This document shows positions 43,238-55,769 of a DNA stretch of 64,000 nt, in pieces (within the stretch, counting starts at the first letter, position 1; each line of letters starts with the position of its first letter). A program made the translations under genes and the position numbers. The notes beneath the pieces were generated by a model that saw nothing but the letters and a program-made list of their open reading frames with translations, was not told where the DNA came from and ran no database searches. The DNA is from Bigelowiella natans CCMP2755 (Eukaryota > Protista > Cercozoa), in assembly GCA_000320545.1 (NCBI GenBank), contig ADNK01002807.1:40453-104452 (forward strand), in the 5' to 3' direction.

Positions 43238-44429
43238 CCTAGCTGTAGTTAATATAGTACTCCTACTACAATATTACATTATATGCTACTATCCAGTAGG
43301 TTTTACCAAGACCCAAACGGCTCTTCATTGACAAGTGGGACTCTAAGGACGATGTGGTAGTACGTACTTACTGCTACAACTACTTTACTTCATCGATAGT
43401 AAAGTAAATAACTAGCAGTAGCCAGTAGTCACACGCACGTGACGACGAATTAGTGAAAAGGGAAAATACAACAAGGACGGCGACTACTCTGTTATTATGC
43501 CTGTCTTTATGATAATAACCAGCTTTGTAACTAAAAGTTCAGTACTACAACTACTAGCAGCACTTTCATTGACGATTCTGACTTTTTACTATTTCTTCCA
43601 CGACTCTCGTATCTCTTCCCCGTCCTTCAACGCTACTGTTGCTACTACACTATTCTATCGAATTAGGTTGATAGTTTAATGGCAAGTAGTAACATTCCTG
43701 CTATCCTGGTATCACAAGGGCTAAGTAGTACTAGTAGTAGTACTAGTAGTAGTAGCAGAGGTAGGAAGTTATAGTAGTGTGGATCTACTTCTTTTTCTCA
43801 CAATGATTGAGTCTAGAGGTAGGCAGTTATGGTAGTCATTCTACTTTTTCTCACAATGGTTGAGTCTATGATGAACAATGATATAAGGCTCCGAGTTTGC
43901 TCGTACGTTTTCGTGGTGGCTTTTGTATCGATGGGTCATTTGCAACGAAAGTAGGATCCTTTGGGTAATAATAGTAGCAGTAGTAACAATTAGAAGCTAA
44001 TAATATACTAATAATGCTACAACGCTACACCCATGAATGAATATCATATTATGATGGAACTTCTGCATTATCAAAGAGGACTGTACAGCGCGTAATAGAC
44101 CCTCAATATTATTTAGGTGTGGTGATTCAGCTGCTGAACGCACCGTCCGTGTTATGGCATTTGATCCAAAGGACTTTGGTGGTTTGGCTAGACTCATCTC
44201 AAAAGCAGCACTAACAAGGGTGATAATAATGAAACTGAACAATGATTAGTGATATATGTACCCACCTCCTCGTCTTCCTCCTCCTACTCATTCATCCCAA
44301 CCCAAAATCAGGATGCAATAGCTCCTGGTCTTAGGGAGGGAGATTCACTTCCGATAAGTACTTCTCGAGCACTCCGCTTGGCGGCTGGGTATCAATAGAT
44401 TGCAGCACAATCAATCAAAAATTGAACTT

Positions 44430-44474
<45 letters not shown>

Positions 44475-44494
44475 TTACAACTGTGACAAACTTG

Positions 44495-44534
<40 letters not shown>

Positions 44535-44547
44535 CTGTGTGTGTATT

Positions 44548-44578
<31 letters not shown>

Positions 44579-44826
44579 ACATATACAAATTTACATGTGT
44601 ATTATCTAGTGTAACCTGCTGACGAAATGTGATTTTAAATAAATGTTTGATCTGTAAATACTTATTTTACAGTCCATTCAATCAAATAATGAATTGTTGC
44701 ACGCACAGATCTCCACCTCCAGATTTCGAAACCATTATGGAATTATATAGAGCTGGTTATTTAGCTGCAGAGTTGTGGGTCGAGGAAGAGCTCAAATATA
44801 TGAAAAATATGGGTGATAGTTGTTGA
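41115..44826 (+). CDS. Patatin-like phospholipase (PNPLA family), with possible targeting leader
   Basis: Oxyanion region LGFSFSASGLMMPYHCGV, nucleophile motif LSGSSGGAI (GxSxG), VDSLMASSNIP, catalytic Asp in FCIDGSF, and C-terminal LYRAGY. Stop at 44826. Confidence 0.88.
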
Positions 44827-45229
44827 TCTTGTGCATACACACGTCATAATAAGCATTTCCATTAACTCGTTTCGAGATCGACCAATTCATATTAATAATT
44901 GGTGTAGACGTTATTCAGGATAGAGAGCGATACAAGGCATATAAAACTTGCACGCACATTGAGAATATTTGCCTTTATACTTGCTAGCGACTGAAAAGGT
45001 CATGTCAGTTATGTCATTAAACGCCGATGCGGCCGAGCGGGTCGGTCCGGTCATGTCGAGATATACCCAAAACTCCAGCATTGTGATTATTTATGCATCG
45101 CAAAAGCCATTGATCATGTAGAATTAGGCGTTTCAGAATTCTATGATTTACACACCTGCCAGGGTTGGGGGGTCAAAAAAATTGAAAATTTCCAAAAAGC
45201 TTCCTGAGGGCTCAAATGGACCAAAGGAA

Positions 45230-46650
45230 CACGTTCAACGCGTGAATTTTTTTTTTAGAAATTTGAAAATTCGTCGATTTTGTGTGTGTACCGGCGCTTG
45301 GCTCGCAGCAGCGCTCCGAATCAGTGCAACGCTTTTTTTCGCACCTTCCGGAGTGCTTCGGAGGTTCGACGGCCGGTGAGAAACAACACTAAGAAAACAT
45401 TCAAAACATGCACGCGCAAACACAGAAAAAAAATCCGACAATTCTCTGAAAAAATGGCTGATTTCAACCACAAAGTGAGCATTTTAGCTTTGTGCTGCGG
45501 CTAACACCGCCGCATCGCATGCCATGTGTGATGTGGGTGGCGACCACTAGACCATGCATGCATGCATGGGACGAAGCCGTACGCGTGTCTTGTGGCTGCA
45601 TGCATGCCATCATGCGGCAACTGTGCTCTTAGCTGTTCTGGAACAACGTGCTAGCTAGCTAGCGTGCATCGATCATGTGTTGCAGGTGGGTGCCATGCTC
45701 TAGTGATTTTCCATTTCAGCGCATGTTGCGCACCATAGCACGATGCGCACCAACATGCAATGGAGAGAAGTCATGCTAGCATGTGCACGCAGATTTGTCT
45801 AGTTGTCACAATCATCTGTAGATCTACATGGATTTTGCATCCATGGATATTGATGTCTCTCTAGCTCTGTCATGCTGGACAGCACTGGAGCGCACATTTA
45901 TGCACTAGAGCATGTGTGCTTTGTTCTGAGGTTTGAATCTCAGAGCAAGAGGTCTAGAGGTCCCATTTGATGCAAGCTAGCAAGCAGCAATGCTCGAATG
46001 ACTCAGCACACATGCATGCTGTGACAATTGCTAGATTGTGCTGACAGAGATGGCTGTGAGTTCTAGAAGTTGATTTGACATTGTGTTTGCTTTTTGACCT
46101 CTTTTGTGTCTAGAGGTGCTTGTTGTGCGTTCGTCGGTTTCGACGCGGAACCGAAAAGTCACACAGTGAAAGAGATGTGCTTTTCTAAACTTCTTATTGA
46201 GAGTTCCCGAAGGTTTTTAGATGCACGTTTGGAGAACTAGAGAACAGAACTTCCACATTTATGTACGCCTTGGGTTCCGGCGGAACCGAAACATTTGCAA
46301 TGTGCATCCGCATTTGCTGAACATGTCCGTCCATGGTCGAAGGCTTGCACTAGCTTGTGCGAGGGACTAACAACAGAACAACACTACTAGACTAGCTAGC
46401 TTGATCTAGTGATGATCACGCATGTCAATGCATGTTGCATTTTGCGCTCACTGCTGTGATCATTTGGTGAAGGGTGCACACATACACATGTCTAGATGTA
46501 GGTTTTTGTCTTAGAGCTAGCATTTGCCTTGCTAGATTGTTCTGACACACCTAGACATGTGAAAGCTAGAAAGACAGATCTAGAGATGACAGATATTGCT
46601 AGGTTGCTTCACACAGCTAACTAGCTAACATGATGCTGTGCGCTAATCAT
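45230..46650. other. TpA-depleted, CTAG-rich intergenic island, possibly a decayed transposon
   Basis: Dense ctag and gcatgc; lies between the convergent patatin and NEDD8-like genes. No transposase recognisable. Confidence 0.7.
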
Positions 46651-46947
46651 GCTCATTGTAGGAAGTAATTGCTAAGTTAAGAACAATGTTCACATAATTA
46701 GATTAAAGATGCTGAGCGGCGAAATGCCATTTCAGAAATGGAATGATGACAAAGTTGCGCGTTGATTGTGAAAATGTTTTGATGTGGTATGAATGCAATT
46801 TGAGTATATAAATTACTCAGCATTACACCACGTTCTTCAAATCAGTGATGTCTGCTCCCCGCTATAGATCAGAGGGTCAGCCTTGGATCAATTATTAGCA
46901 CCAACCACCAACCACATCGATGAGCTGATGACAACACCTCTCCTCTC

Positions 46948-47175
46948 TTAGCCTCGAAGTTGCAGAATCATATGAATTGTGTGCCCAGCTTTCACTTTAG
47001 ATTCCTCGAGTGTCCTGTCATCTCTCATGGGCGAGCCTTGAAAGATGAGGCGGATAGCTTCTTTCAGAATTCCGGTGCTTTCTTGCAAGATATCCTTCAC
47101 CTGTTCTACTTTAGTTGATGGCTCCAAGCTAAAAGGAGTTTTCTTTCCATCAAGTTTTTTAATGAACACTTGCAT
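46948..47175 (-). CDS. NEDD8/Rub1-like ubiquitin-family protein, intronless, ending LRG-stop
   Basis: 75 aa MQVFIKKLDGKKTPFSLEP...IRLIFQG...TIHMILQLRG*. The tail resembles alveolate/stramenopile NEDD8 (TIHMILQLRGG) as I recall it. Confidence 0.85.
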   Translation of the reverse strand: MQVFIKKLDGKKTPFSLEPSTKVEQVKDILQESTGILKEAIRLIFQGSPMRDDRTLEESKVKAGHTIHMILQLRG

Positions 47176-47480
47176 TGGTTTAGTCTTCCTTCAGTTTATG
47201 GTCCTTACTGGGTGGGAGGAGGGTTGGTATGCTTCTTCGTTAACGAAGGAAATTGGTCTATGGCGTAAATTCTCAGAGCCTTCTGGATTCATGTGATCGT
47301 CTGCGTTTACCTTCAGCGACATCACAATATCATTGACTTAGCTAGTAGCAGAATAAGAATGACAGCTTGCTCGCTGGTTTCAGAATGGATGCAACTCGAA
47401 AATGGCAAAATTCGTGGAAATGTTTTGAAGAAAGTACCGGTATGTAGGAAGTACGATCGTAAAAACATTAAAACAACAGC

Positions 47481-47544
<64 letters not shown>

Positions 47545-47595
47545 CATAATCCTTCTCTTCGCACTACCGGAAGACTCCTCCGCTCCTCCCCCAAA

Positions 47596-48859
47596 ATGCA
47601 CTACAGCATCCCTAGTTTCTCTTTTCAATCATACAAAAGCGTTCTTCGCTACGCTGAGATGGTAATAGTGATTTTGGGGCAACTAACGTGGGATGCATGA
47701 ATGAGCATGAATGACATTACAATATTTACTTTGAGGCTCGTAATAGCAATGGATGATTTTAGATAACATTGAATATGATGTGAGAATAAACTTACACAAT
47801 AATTTTGGATTTTATGCTAATAGGGGTGTTCACTGATGGTGATTTTGATGCTCTACGGAGCTGAGGTAAATATTTATAGCACTATGTTCATTTGCATATA
47901 TCCATTCATTCTCATTCGTGTACTAATATATATGATTTTCCTTGTAATTAGGGGAGGCAAGAGTTGGGAGAGGCCCACTATATGATGGTGATCTGCGCGT
48001 GTAATTTCATATTCTGCGCCCTTTCGCTTGCCGCCGATATGTACAACATCCAAATCCAGTAAGTGAATTGCACTCCAAATAGAAAACTATACGACAATTT
48101 ATGTTAATTTTTTCAAATTTCAACTGTAAAGTAATAAACATAAAATAATAAGATCAAAGTGCCACAAAGAATGTAGTAGAATACTCAGTATTTTTATTGC
48201 TTCTCGACATTACAAAGGTATCCCGACCTATGGCCTCTTTCAGAATTCGCGTTGGAAGTTACCTTCATGACAATTAGCTTCTTTGCTGCAGTCACCCTGG
48301 TAGAAAGAGAATCAACATCGCTCATGATATTCTCATCATCATCACCATCATCATTCAGTTTTCATTTAATCAGTTGTAAATAATGTTTGTTTTTTATTTT
48401 GATTACCGTTGCCGCAACCATACACAATATACCCTCCCTCTTCTAAAATTGATGTTTTTATTCTTGAAAGGCCTCAGCATGTAGATCACCGTATCATGAT
48501 GATGAAAGTCACTGTGAACATTATCTCAAGAGCAATTTCACTGGCCTTGTCTCTTCGGTAATTGAAGATTTGATTGATTGTGCATTATTGTGTGTGGAGT
48601 CAAACAATTTTATTTTCACCTCGTGATTTAATAATATGTATACCAGTTATGCTAGCTTACTTTGGTTTTGGCTGTGTGAAAAATAAAGCGTGTTAAGATT
48701 TCCTCGGATATTGAACTATATTTTTGTCTCTTTACTTGGTTGGTTGTTTACCGTGGGATCATGTCTGTCAATCAGGGGTTCTGTTTCTGTCTCAGCATCG
48801 TCATGTATCAGTCTGTACAAGAGACCTATAAACGTGTCCGAAAATATCAGTTTTCGTAA
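47596..48859 (+). CDS. Small 4-TM protein, MARVEL/CASP-like
   Basis: Exons: KSVLRYAEM|GCSLMVILMLYGAE|GRQELGEAHYMMVICACNFIFCALSLAAD..|YPDLWPLSEFALEVTFMTISFFAAVTL|ASACRSPYHDDESHCEHY... Family assignment is by topology only; the 3' exons are uncertain. Confidence 0.55.
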
Positions 48860-49945
48860 TCATAAAAGATGATGATAGATAAACGTGTCCGAAAATATCA
48901 GTTTCGTAATCATAAAAGATGATGATTAGATACGCGACAAATATTGCTCAAATGGAGATTTGTTCATTTGTCGAAGTGTAGCCAAGCCTCACCGTGCAAT
49001 TTACAAAATGTTCACATTCAGCAGTTGGCAGTTACGCGAAAGTTGATTTGTGTTTGTTCATTCGCAATGGTTCAATCAAGCCTTTCAATTCACACAATGC
49101 TGATAAATAGCGATGCTACTGTGTTTTTGTGTATCGAATAATAAATAAGTTGTCACATATATCATCGCATACACATTGATTGCAACGGATAGTGTCGAAG
49201 AGAAATATGATTTATTACATCTCAGCGGCTCATAGGTGTTTTCCATGCAATCTCGCCTATGTGTCGCAGCGCATAGCTTAGGTTTGGATTAACGTACAAA
49301 AAATATCGCATCTTGCGAATGCACAATCTAGCTTGCATATGTGTATTTGTACGAGATCATGAACAATTTCAATGAAGATATTTCCTCGTAGAAACGAATC
49401 TACGCTATGCTACTGGTGCCCACCATGTTAACATTGCTCAATGAGTGACTATAAATGTCGTCTAGGTATACGCGGTACGTCCGTTGTGTATGCCATAGCA
49501 GTACACGTGCGTGATGTCGCTCAACAAGAGCAAGTGAAGGTGCTGCTCAACACTCGCAAAGAACTTCGCCTTGGTGATTGCCGGCCACAACTTTTTTTTG
49601 TTTATTCCAATGGGTTTTCAGCATGAACACACATATGAATTGTATCTTATCTGATGGGCAGCACAAATCTCCTGAGAAAGTTTTGCCTTGCATTTGTATT
49701 TCAGATTCTACCATTTCCAGTCGTTTTTGTGTACAATGAGTTGACACGACCAATTTTATGATGATAACAATAAAGGAATATGCTCAATTTTTGTATCGTT
49801 TGGCGCGCAGTACTTTCTAATATCATTTTTTTCATTTGTTGCATAAATTGATACCTGATAGAATGCTTACCAGCGACGGTAGTATGTTGTGCATTAGCGC
49901 CAGTTGGCACTTTTGACAACTGATTACCATTTTTTTATAACATAA

Positions 49946-49990
<45 letters not shown>

Positions 49991-49998
49991 GCATATAT

Positions 49999-50071
<73 letters not shown>

Positions 50072-51338
50072 AATCATTATTCAATTTATGCGCCATGTAG
50101 TATATAAATTACACAATTACAATATTGAAACACATGTTTCGATCATACACATGTTCTGTACTTTTATTAATATGTCTCTCAATTTTTGCTCGCATAGATA
50201 TGCCAATTATAAATATCAAAATGTTGTAAAATAAAAAGGGGTTGTGTACCAGTATCTTATGAAATAATATTACAGTAAAATAAAATAGAACGTTTAATTC
50301 TATTCACGAGAATAAACAAAAAAAATTATCTTAGTTCTGCATAATAATATATCATTATTCTCTGCTTTTAGGTATAATTTTTCAATCGCCATCCTTACGT
50401 AGCTATGCAAAGCGGTAGCTACAGCGCTGAGATTATGTTTGTTAGTTTTTGCGATCATGCACTTATGTTTGCAAAGGCAATATTCTTGTTTAGACGTATA
50501 ATATTTGTGATATTGACCTCATTTACAAAATAATATCTAGTCACTTGCCGTATTGTAAGATATATTAGCGATTTTAATTCAGTGTTGTTCCTCCTTCTCC
50601 TCCTACAATTGACTACTACTAAGAACAAGAACAATTTATGAATATTGGTAGTAGAATTTTGTGAAATAAAATAAAACTAATAATCTCATGAGTGATGCAA
50701 AAATATGATTTTTTGCAAGAAAATTCTTTTACTATTGTATAATATATATCTAGTCCCCTGTAAAATTGATAATGTATTTCGCTAATTTGAAGTACTCATT
50801 CTGCATTTATACAAGCAACTGCATTCATCATCTGAATGAGTTTACCTTATTTGTGAGTTTATACGTATTGAATTCATTGGAAGGAAGAAATTTAAAATAG
50901 TGTAGGGAAAATTGATCGATTACTTAATTTACAGTCACATATAGGTAAGAGCTAACGTTATTCAGAGTTATTCTGATTTCGATAAGAATGTAGCGTTCTG
51001 GGGATACTTTGCATTATAACTGTGTTAACACTGACATAAGCACATATTTACGGACACAAGCGACAGCTCCGCGTGCAATGCTCAATTTCGAGCAATTTAG
51101 AAACGAGATGTCATTATTACAGATGTGCTACTATCAACTAGCTATATTTGGTACTAGATACCATGTGTATGGGTATCTAAGTGAGTATAAAACCTCTCAA
51201 ATCGTTCACTTATATCGCAGTTGCTCGCTTCTGTGAAACTAACTAATCCTCAGATATTGACTGACGAGCCTCACAAATTTCTGCCACAAGCGCCATCTTA
51301 TTGATAAGGTATATTGACTGCATCGAATATTGCCTTGC

Positions 51339-52941
51339 TCAAAGCTGCTGCGTTAGTAACGTAAGTTTCAAATATGTCGAAGTTTGACCGACGTCGCTTT
51401 CAACTGAATTATTATATTAAATCAACTAGTATAAATAAGATCAGACCATTTTTTGGTCGCATAGAAAGGATAGCTAATTTGTATTGTGGTTTGATAATAT
51501 TGGAGAAAGAAAGATCCGTAAAATTTTTGATGTACATTATTCAGAAAAAATACGACGATTAGATAATGCTACCGACCCACCGTTATTTACTACCTTTGTT
51601 GGATGAATTTGTTTCTTTTTCAACAAAAGTTGGGACGAACAGAATATCTGAAAAATATCTGGTCTATATTTGGGCGTTACCCATTCGTCTCTCTCCTCCC
51701 CCCAACTTCCCTTTGTTCTTTTTGCTTGATCTTCTTATTTTAATTTTCTCGTTGCAAGATCTATTCCTTCTCCTAATTATTACCGATATTCTCTTCATCT
51801 AAATATCCCCGTGCAACTAAATAAAACATATTGAATATTCACAGTCATACTTTTTTGTAAATAATTTGTTGGATGGTACAAATTTCAAAATATTATATCA
51901 TTCCATCACCATAATTGCAATAATTAATCTAATCTGCATCTTGGAAAATTGAAATTAAGATTGTGGCAGTAGTAAGTAGCAGCAGTAGGAGGAGAGAATG
52001 AGAAGAAGAAGTTCAGTAGCAGTTGTAGTACTGAAGAAGTTTTATGCAGTTTTCAAAGCAGTTCACCGCACAAACTAAATGCCCAATTTGTTTGAAAACA
52101 ATGCACAAGTAAATCAAGGTTATATTGACCACTAAGATACTAGAATAACTAACCCATTTATCACCAAATTGTTACATCTATGATATAGATCTAACCTCAA
52201 CCATTTACAATGAATTATCCTCTACTTCCTCCGTAGCTACTATTAGTCAGTAGGGATGGTACCAGAAACAGATTTGATCATAATGCTCACCGCTGCCGAG
52301 CCTTTAGCAAGAATTCCTACTGCCTGGTAAATAATGATGGGGGTACGGTAAAACAATAGCGTTTAAATATAAGTAGTAAATTATAGATTAGATTTATTGG
52401 CAATGTATCAATATTTGATGACTGATTATTACTTCTTACCTAGAGCTTACCTACCTATCTGACACATTTCATTATGATAGCAGTGCATAGTTTCTATAAC
52501 CAATCAATAAAGACAAATTACGAATTTTGTACAAATAATTGAATACCTTTGAAGAAAAGGTTGATGCGGTTGAAGGAGAAGAGTGCTTTGAGTCTCGAAT
52601 CCTTGCAGCTATGGCACCTGACAGTGGCCGATATAACAATATATTTGGTTAATTCGGTCAGCGAAAGTGGGAAATAATGAAAGGGTCGAGGAATTGAACC
52701 CTATAATATTATCACCAACTACTTCATCATAAACTATTTCTTTTATGCAATTAAAGAATATTTTCTTATCTGTGTTGCACATGCTCTACCTGCGACTTTG
52801 AAAGGGTCGCTCTTGGGCGAAACGTATAAATCATCCTCACTTTTCTTCGGTGCTCGCGGCTTTGATGTTGCCTGATTAATCATGTCAGTCACAACACACA
52901 CCCACATATGTACATTTATATATAAAATGGTTATACATGTA

Positions 52942-52973
<32 letters not shown>

Positions 52974-54290
52974 AGTGGCTTTAATTGAAGGTACTAGGGT
53001 ATTGTCAACCTTGCTTAACTTGATTTCAGTTTTGAACCCCTTGATGTCTTCAAATTCACATTTTGCCCGGAGGTCAATGTGATCTTTTTCATTTCGTTTA
53101 AAGTCAATTATATTATGTTAAAGATTGAGAATGAGAGCATCAATATTTAACAACAGGAAATATGCATTGCCCCCCATTCCCCCCATCTTATCAAAATATA
53201 TGGTGATAGTAGTGATTACCAACCGTTTCAGTCCATGTTACATTTTACTACTGCTCTACCATCTACCACCCCTCACAACAGTACATACTACTAGTTCCTG
53301 TTGTAAACCGCCACTGTCACCAACTTTTTAGATTCCATCCCATCCCCCTTCCCTGTCCCTTCTCTTTGATTAATTTTTCATCAAGATAGTATCTCAGTGT
53401 ACAACTAACTCACCTTCATCAAGAAAACCACGAGCGATGCTAATTGCTTTGACTGCCTTAAAGGCGGTATAGGAGCAGCAGTTGAAAAGCAATTGGAGAA
53501 TGAGTACATTCATTCGCCGTTACAGTATTCAATATTTCTGTTAACAGATTTTTTAGCAAAAATCGTATTGATTTTATTTGAGGTCTCAATGATTGTGATG
53601 GTATTATAATATCGTGTATCAGTAGTGGTGGTAGTGGTGGTAATGGTGGTAGTGGGCATCCTTCCTTTACCTGATTTATAGCTGCTGGTCCAGTTGCAAG
53701 AATAATCGGAGCTTCAAGACCAGATCTACACACACCCGCAATCCCCCCCGCAACGCTTCTTACATTAGATTCTCCCGACACCTATTGGTAGGTATCATAA
53801 CAGCATCATTCTCAAGATAGCCATCATTGATGAAATAGTAATGACGATAATAATATCATGATGATGATTGATGATGACAAGAAAACATTGATGGGGTACA
53901 TCGGAAAGGTAGCTGGTCGAAATCACCACCACCTTGAGCATTTTTGGGCCCTCTGTGCTTCTTCTTTCTTCTATTTTTGTCCTTCTGTAAGGATGTGAGC
54001 GGTTTCTTTGCCTGCTTTTTCTGTGCACATTTCTTCCTGGTCCTTGCCTAATTAACGAATGATGACATTTGTTGTCGCCACAATTAACAAGAAGTAGGTT
54101 GTAATAACTCAAAAGCAGCGTAGAGCAGCAGCGTGGAGCAGCAGCTGTAATAAGTACTTGGAGATGATCGTCACATAATTTTCATAATTTGCGTAGGAAA
54201 AGTACTATTACTTCAATACGACCTTCTCTTCCATCTTTCCGACTCTTCTTCCCATATTTCCTCCAGGGACTTACTCAGTTTATCAACCAT
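51339..54290 (-). CDS. Tandem SpoVS (Alba-like fold) domain protein with ALYREF-like N-terminal motif
   Basis: Domain 1: MLKVSGESNVRSVAGGIAG...ILATGPAAINQAVKAISIARGFLDE. Domain 2: LYVSPKSDPFKVAGAIAARIR...GILAKGSAAVSIMIKSVSVARGYLDEENIDILFVPTF. Both match bacterial SpoVS (LKVSAKSSPNSVAGALAG...GAGALNQAVKAVAIARGF). Confidence 0.85.
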
Positions 54291-54651
54291 GAGAGGATAG
54301 GGGCGATGCTCTAACTTGTTGTTGTTATTGTTGCGGTGGTGTTTGGAAATATCCGAATTTTCGTCTGAAGAATTACTACAATGTTTAATTTTTATTGTTA
54401 TATTTGTTGTCGGTGTAACAACATAGCTGGGAAGTCAAGGGCGCGAACAGAATAACTAACTAACTAACTAACTAACTAGGTGACCACTAGCTGAGAATAC
54501 GAAATAGTTCCATTAAAATAACATCTCTCTTCATGAACCAGGAGGATCGACGACGTGGCACCAATAACTTTTCAAGGGGGGGATGTGTTCCTAACAATTC
54601 AAGTCATTGATTCCTTTTTCTTTCATTGTATAAACGTAAATACAAACCAGA

Positions 54652-55729
54652 ATGGGAGCCCTATGTAGGCCACAGGATGGTGGAGATGCTCTGCCGGTAG
54701 GATGGAACTCTTCGCGCATTTCAAATGATATTATCTGCCTTTCCCAATTGCCTAAATGTATTTCTTTTCATGCTTTATGTACAATGTTTGAATCTCTGTC
54801 TCCTCTCTTACCCTCCAATTCTCCCAAAGCGATGATCATCTTGTGGTCTCCTCTCGATCATAATATCATTCAAGACACTAACTTCTTAGGATGTGAACCG
54901 GGAAGATTCTGATTCTAACGAGAAGCAACATAAATTAGAAAAGAAGATCACATTAAAGACAACACCGACAACAGCAATGTCAACAGCGCCAACAACCTCA
55001 CCGGACTCCATAGCACCTAATTCTACAAAAGGAACAAAAGGAGGAGGGTAGCCACACCATCAGCATCATCACCGTCGTCATCATCATCATGTTGAATTAA
55101 GTTTTCTCCCTCTCCGCCACTTAATTCCATACTTTTGGAAGCTGCTAACAAATACACTAATTATATCGACTCTATGTAATATCGTAGCGATACCAATGGA
55201 GGATTAGAAGGTACCGATTTCGGTTTCGGTAGTGAAGGCCTAGAGAACTTACCTGATACCGAGGAAACTGAACAAGGAGCGAGTGTTGGATTTGGAGCTG
55301 AAGATTTGGATGCCATGGGTGATGACGATGATGATGGCAAGATTGGCGGTGAAAAGATTGGTATAGACAGTAAAAAATCAACATCATCATCTGGACCAAA
55401 ACTACTTACTCTGGAAGATATGAAAAAGATGAAAATGTCTGCTCCAGCTGCAATGAGGTGGTGGCAAACATGACAACAATAATACTGAACTACTTCATAC
55501 CAAAGTATTCATCGTACAACTAAGATGTGAGTAAATAAAATTATTGTAACAAAAATATTGTAACACACGCATTTGACAGCTCGTATTGATTATTTCGGGT
55601 TGTCTTGTTTTGGAACTTTAAAACTTATATGATAGTGCAAACGACGACGACGACAACGACAACGACGACGATGAGCTAGGTTTTGGTGCGGAAGACCTGG
55701 ATGACATGCCGGATGATGATGATCTTTAG
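54652..55729 (+). CDS. Small acidic protein with MGxxC N-terminus and three GFGxExL repeats
   Basis: Four or more phase-compatible exons: MGALCRPQDGGDALP|DVNRED...|GDTNGGLEGTDFGFGSEGLENLPD...VGFGAEDLDAMGD...|DMKKMKMSAPAAMS|ANDDDD...LGFGAEDLDDMPDDDDL*. Confidence 0.7.
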
Positions 55730-55769
55730 TAAGTGGGTCGTTTAGAAAAGATTATTAGTTTTTTTTTGT

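Larger units (their letters stand above)
1..55700. repeat. Pervasive microsatellites (CAT, TAG/CTA, GAA, AAC, CA, GA, TA) concentrated in introns and low-complexity exons
   Basis: Very many short tandem runs; they account for most poly-amino-acid ORFs in the track. Confidence 0.95.

Noticed and set aside
45143-45500. Transposon terminal inverted repeat
   Set aside because: Looks like an element end, but I found no matching partner, TSD or transposase.
52058-52110. KCPICL RING-like fragment on + strand
   Set aside because: Lies within a SpoVS-gene intron with no continuing exons.
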